Assembly (NCBI GenBank): GCA_017448455.1
Contig: JAFSLL010000167.1
Location: 2,457-66,456 of the forward strand
Origin: Oscillospiraceae bacterium
Lineage (GTDB): Bacteria > Bacillota > Clostridia > Oscillospirales > Oscillospiraceae
Direction of reading: 5' to 3'
Length of the DNA: 64,000 bases
The notes beneath the pieces are model-generated. The model worked only from the letters and a program-made list of their open reading frames with translations, was not told the origin of the DNA and ran no database searches. The translations under genes and the position numbers were made by a program. This document shows, piece by piece, positions 62,347 to 64,000 of the stretch. Each line of letters opens with the position of its first letter. Position 1 is the first letter of the stretch.

Positions 62347-62889
62347 TTAATCTCCCATATCCATCAGAAAAACGCCGGTCTCGCCGTCATAGGACGGAAC
62401 GCGGACCTCCACCAGTTCGGAGCGGGAGGTGGGGAGATTCTTCCCGACATAGTCCGCGTGGATGGGCAGCTCCCGATGGCCGCGGTTTATCAGGATGGCG
62501 AGCTGGATGGTCTTCGGTCGGCCGCAGCGGAAAATCGCCTCAATCGCTGCGCGCGCGGTCCTGCCCGTGTACATCACATCGTCAAATAAAACAACATCCC
62601 TGCCGTTTACATCAAACGGAAGGGAGGCCCTCATGACCTCGGGATGATCCGAAACCTGGCTCAGGTCGTCCCGATAAAAGCGAATATCAATGCTGCCGCA
62701 GGGGACTTCGATCCCCTCAAAGGCGGCGATGTTGTCGCGGACGCGCTCGGCAATGGGCTCACCGCGGCGGAGAATCCCGACAAAAACAAGGTTATCCGCG
62801 CCCCTGTTCTTCTCGATGATCTCGTGGGAGATACGCATCAGCGCGCGCTTCATCGCGCTCTCGTCCATAATCTGCGCTTTCTGACGCAT
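62347..62889 (-). CDS. pyrR: Bifunctional pyrimidine operon attenuation protein / uracil phosphoribosyltransferase PyrR
   Basis: MRQKAQIMDESAMKRALMRISHEIIEKN and PRPP motif VVLFDDVMYTGRTARAA. ATG at 62887-62889 with GAAGGGAGG upstream. Confidence 0.9.
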   Translation of the reverse strand: MRQKAQIMDESAMKRALMRISHEIIEKNRGADNLVFVGILRRGEPIAERVRDNIAAFEGIEVPCGSIDIRFYRDDLSQVSDHPEVMRASLPFDVNGRDVVLFDDVMYTGRTARAAIEAIFRCGRPKTIQLAILINRGHRELPIHADYVGKNLPTSRSELVEVRVPSYDGETGVFLMDMGD

Positions 62890-62907
62890 GCTGCCGCCTC
62901 CCTTCAT

Positions 62908-62931
62908 AAAAAAAGCCTGCCTTCCGGCAGG
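62908..62931 (-). terminator. Attenuator terminator in the pyrR leader
   Basis: Stem CCTGCC/GGCAGG, loop of 4 nt. On the minus strand it is followed by T7, immediately before the pyrR RBS. Confidence 0.65.
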
Positions 62932-63027
62932 ATCGCAGCTTGGCGCGGACGCAGACTGCGCCCACTACACCCTATCGACGATTTTGCCGGTATCACGGTA
63001 CCGCTTAAAAATCTCTTTTCTGGCCGG

Positions 63028-63056
63028 ATTATACAACCGGGAGAAGCAAAATGCAA
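63028..63056 (-). promoter_or_regulatory. Sigma-70-type promoter of pyrR-pyrP
   Basis: Minus strand: TTGCAT (63051-63056), a 17-nt spacer, TATAAT (63028-63033). Confidence 0.55.
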
Positions 63057-63161
63057 GCGGTTTTTTCCGGCGGGGGCACAGTTTGTGGCTTTGGATAAAG
63101 TCCAAAACACGATATCTTGTATTTTGGTAGAATCTGCCGAAGCGCTCTCTGCTGATCGACA

Positions 63162-63190
63162 GAAAAACCCTCCGGATTGCCGGAGGGTTT
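63162..63190 (-). terminator. Intrinsic terminator of the DAACS transporter gene
   Basis: 11-bp stem AAACCCTCCGG/CCGGAGGGTTT, loop ATTG. On the minus strand it is followed by TTTTTCT. Confidence 0.8.
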
Positions 63191-63228
63191 GACTGGCGGT
63201 CCGTTCGGGAACCGATTCAAATATTCGC

Positions 63229-64000
63229 TCAGGCTTTGGCCTTCGCGTCCATCTCCTTCTCCCACTCGTTGACGCAGACGGCGCAGGAAGCGTCGCCGAC
63301 GACGTTCAGAGCGGTACGGCCCATGTCGAACAGACGGTCGATGCCGTAGATGATGCCGATGTAGGTGGGCGGGATGCCGACCGCGTCGAGCACCATGGCC
63401 AGCATGATCATGCCGGCGCCGGACGTACCGGCCGTGCCGATGGAGGCCAGCGTCGCGGTGACCACGATGGTGATCATCTGGACCAGCGTCAGGTCAATGC
63501 CGATGCACTTGGCCAGGAAGATGGCGGCGACGCACTGATAGATGGCGGTGCCGTCCATGTTGATCGTCGCGCCGAGCGGCAGGACGAAGGACGAAATCTC
63601 ACCGTGGACATCCATATCGTCGCAGCACTCCTTGGTAACCGGCAGAGACGCGACAGAGGAGGTGGAGGTGAAGGCAAAGGCAGCGGCCGGGAAAACCTTC
63701 TTAAAGAAGGTGCCCGGGGACATCTTCGCAAAGATCTTGACGCTCATGCTGTAGACCAGCACGACATGGATCGCGTAGCCGATGTAGGCGGCCAGCAGAA
63801 CCAGACCGAGAGAACCGAGGATTTTCGGACCCTGGGCGGCGACGACCCAGACCATCAGCGCAAATACGCCGTAGGGGGCAACGGACAGGATGAAGCCCAT
63901 GACCTTCTGCGTTACTTCATTAAAGGAGCTGACCAGCTCACCCAGCGCCTTGCCCTTCTCGCCGGCAACCAGAATGCCGCAGCCGAAGAACAGCGAGATG
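63229..64000 (-). CDS. Dicarboxylate/amino acid:cation symporter (DAACS family), C-terminal part; gene continues beyond the window
   Basis: PLGATINMDGTAIYQ and ...DRLFDMGRTALNVVGD motifs of the sodium:dicarboxylate symporter family. The reading frame stays open to the window edge. Confidence 0.8.
   Translation of the reverse strand, partial: ISLFFGCGILVAGEKGKALGELVSSFNEVTQKVMGFILSVAPYGVFALMVWVVAAQGPKILGSLGLVLLAAYIGYAIHVVLVYSMSVKIFAKMSPGTFFKKVFPAAAFAFTSTSSVASLPVTKECCDDMDVHGEISSFVLPLGATINMDGTAIYQCVAAIFLAKCIGIDLTLVQMITIVVTATLASIGTAGTSGAGMIMLAMVLDAVGIPPTYIGIIYGIDRLFDMGRTALNVVGDASCAVCVNEWEKEMDAKAKA

Overview
High-GC, Clostridia-like chromosomal segment (taxonomy inferred only from gene content and Gram-positive lipoprotein and RBS signals). 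It is mostly carbohydrate-utilisation and housekeeping operons, interrupted at about 7.1-26.0 kb by a phage-derived island. Core content: three CUT1-type sugar ABC importer loci, none with an ATPase gene. (1) 245-7015: DeoR, two permeases, PfkB kinase, Amidohydro_2, BtpA/SgcQ, SBP. (2) 27376-36744: SBP, two permeases, DUF5107/TPR, Amidohydro_2, CBM9-like, NahK-like anomeric kinase, phosphohexomutase. (3) 42657-51844: LacI, GH3, SBP, two permeases, and a divergent GH94 phosphorylase. Also present: a U32 peptidase, an orphan Pta/Ptb acyltransferase, a Gx-transporter/NusG-II pair, two tandem VanY-type peptidases, an orphan NorD-like VWA protein, an F-type ATP synthase operon, type III glutamine synthetase, pyrR plus uracil permease, and a partial DAACS transporter. 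The island has a 12-kb, 17-gene packaging/head/tail/lysis cluster with no integrase, replication module, lysogeny switch or stand-alone small terminase. Upstream lie an ImmA/IrrE-HTH fusion gene, an array of TGAGTCACG motifs, and a 4.46-kb cargo of two secreted repeat proteins bracketed by a 125-bp direct repeat. A palindromic 30-mer and a diverged terL 3' remnant mark further recombination scars. Most notable: the GTA/PBSX-like minimal particle cluster with its regulator and cargo junctions, and an atp operon in which b-like, delta and alpha are one ORF that retains an internal SD+GTG at the alpha boundary. No rRNA, tRNA or CRISPR was seen. Many long antisense ORFs in the track are GC-driven shadows.
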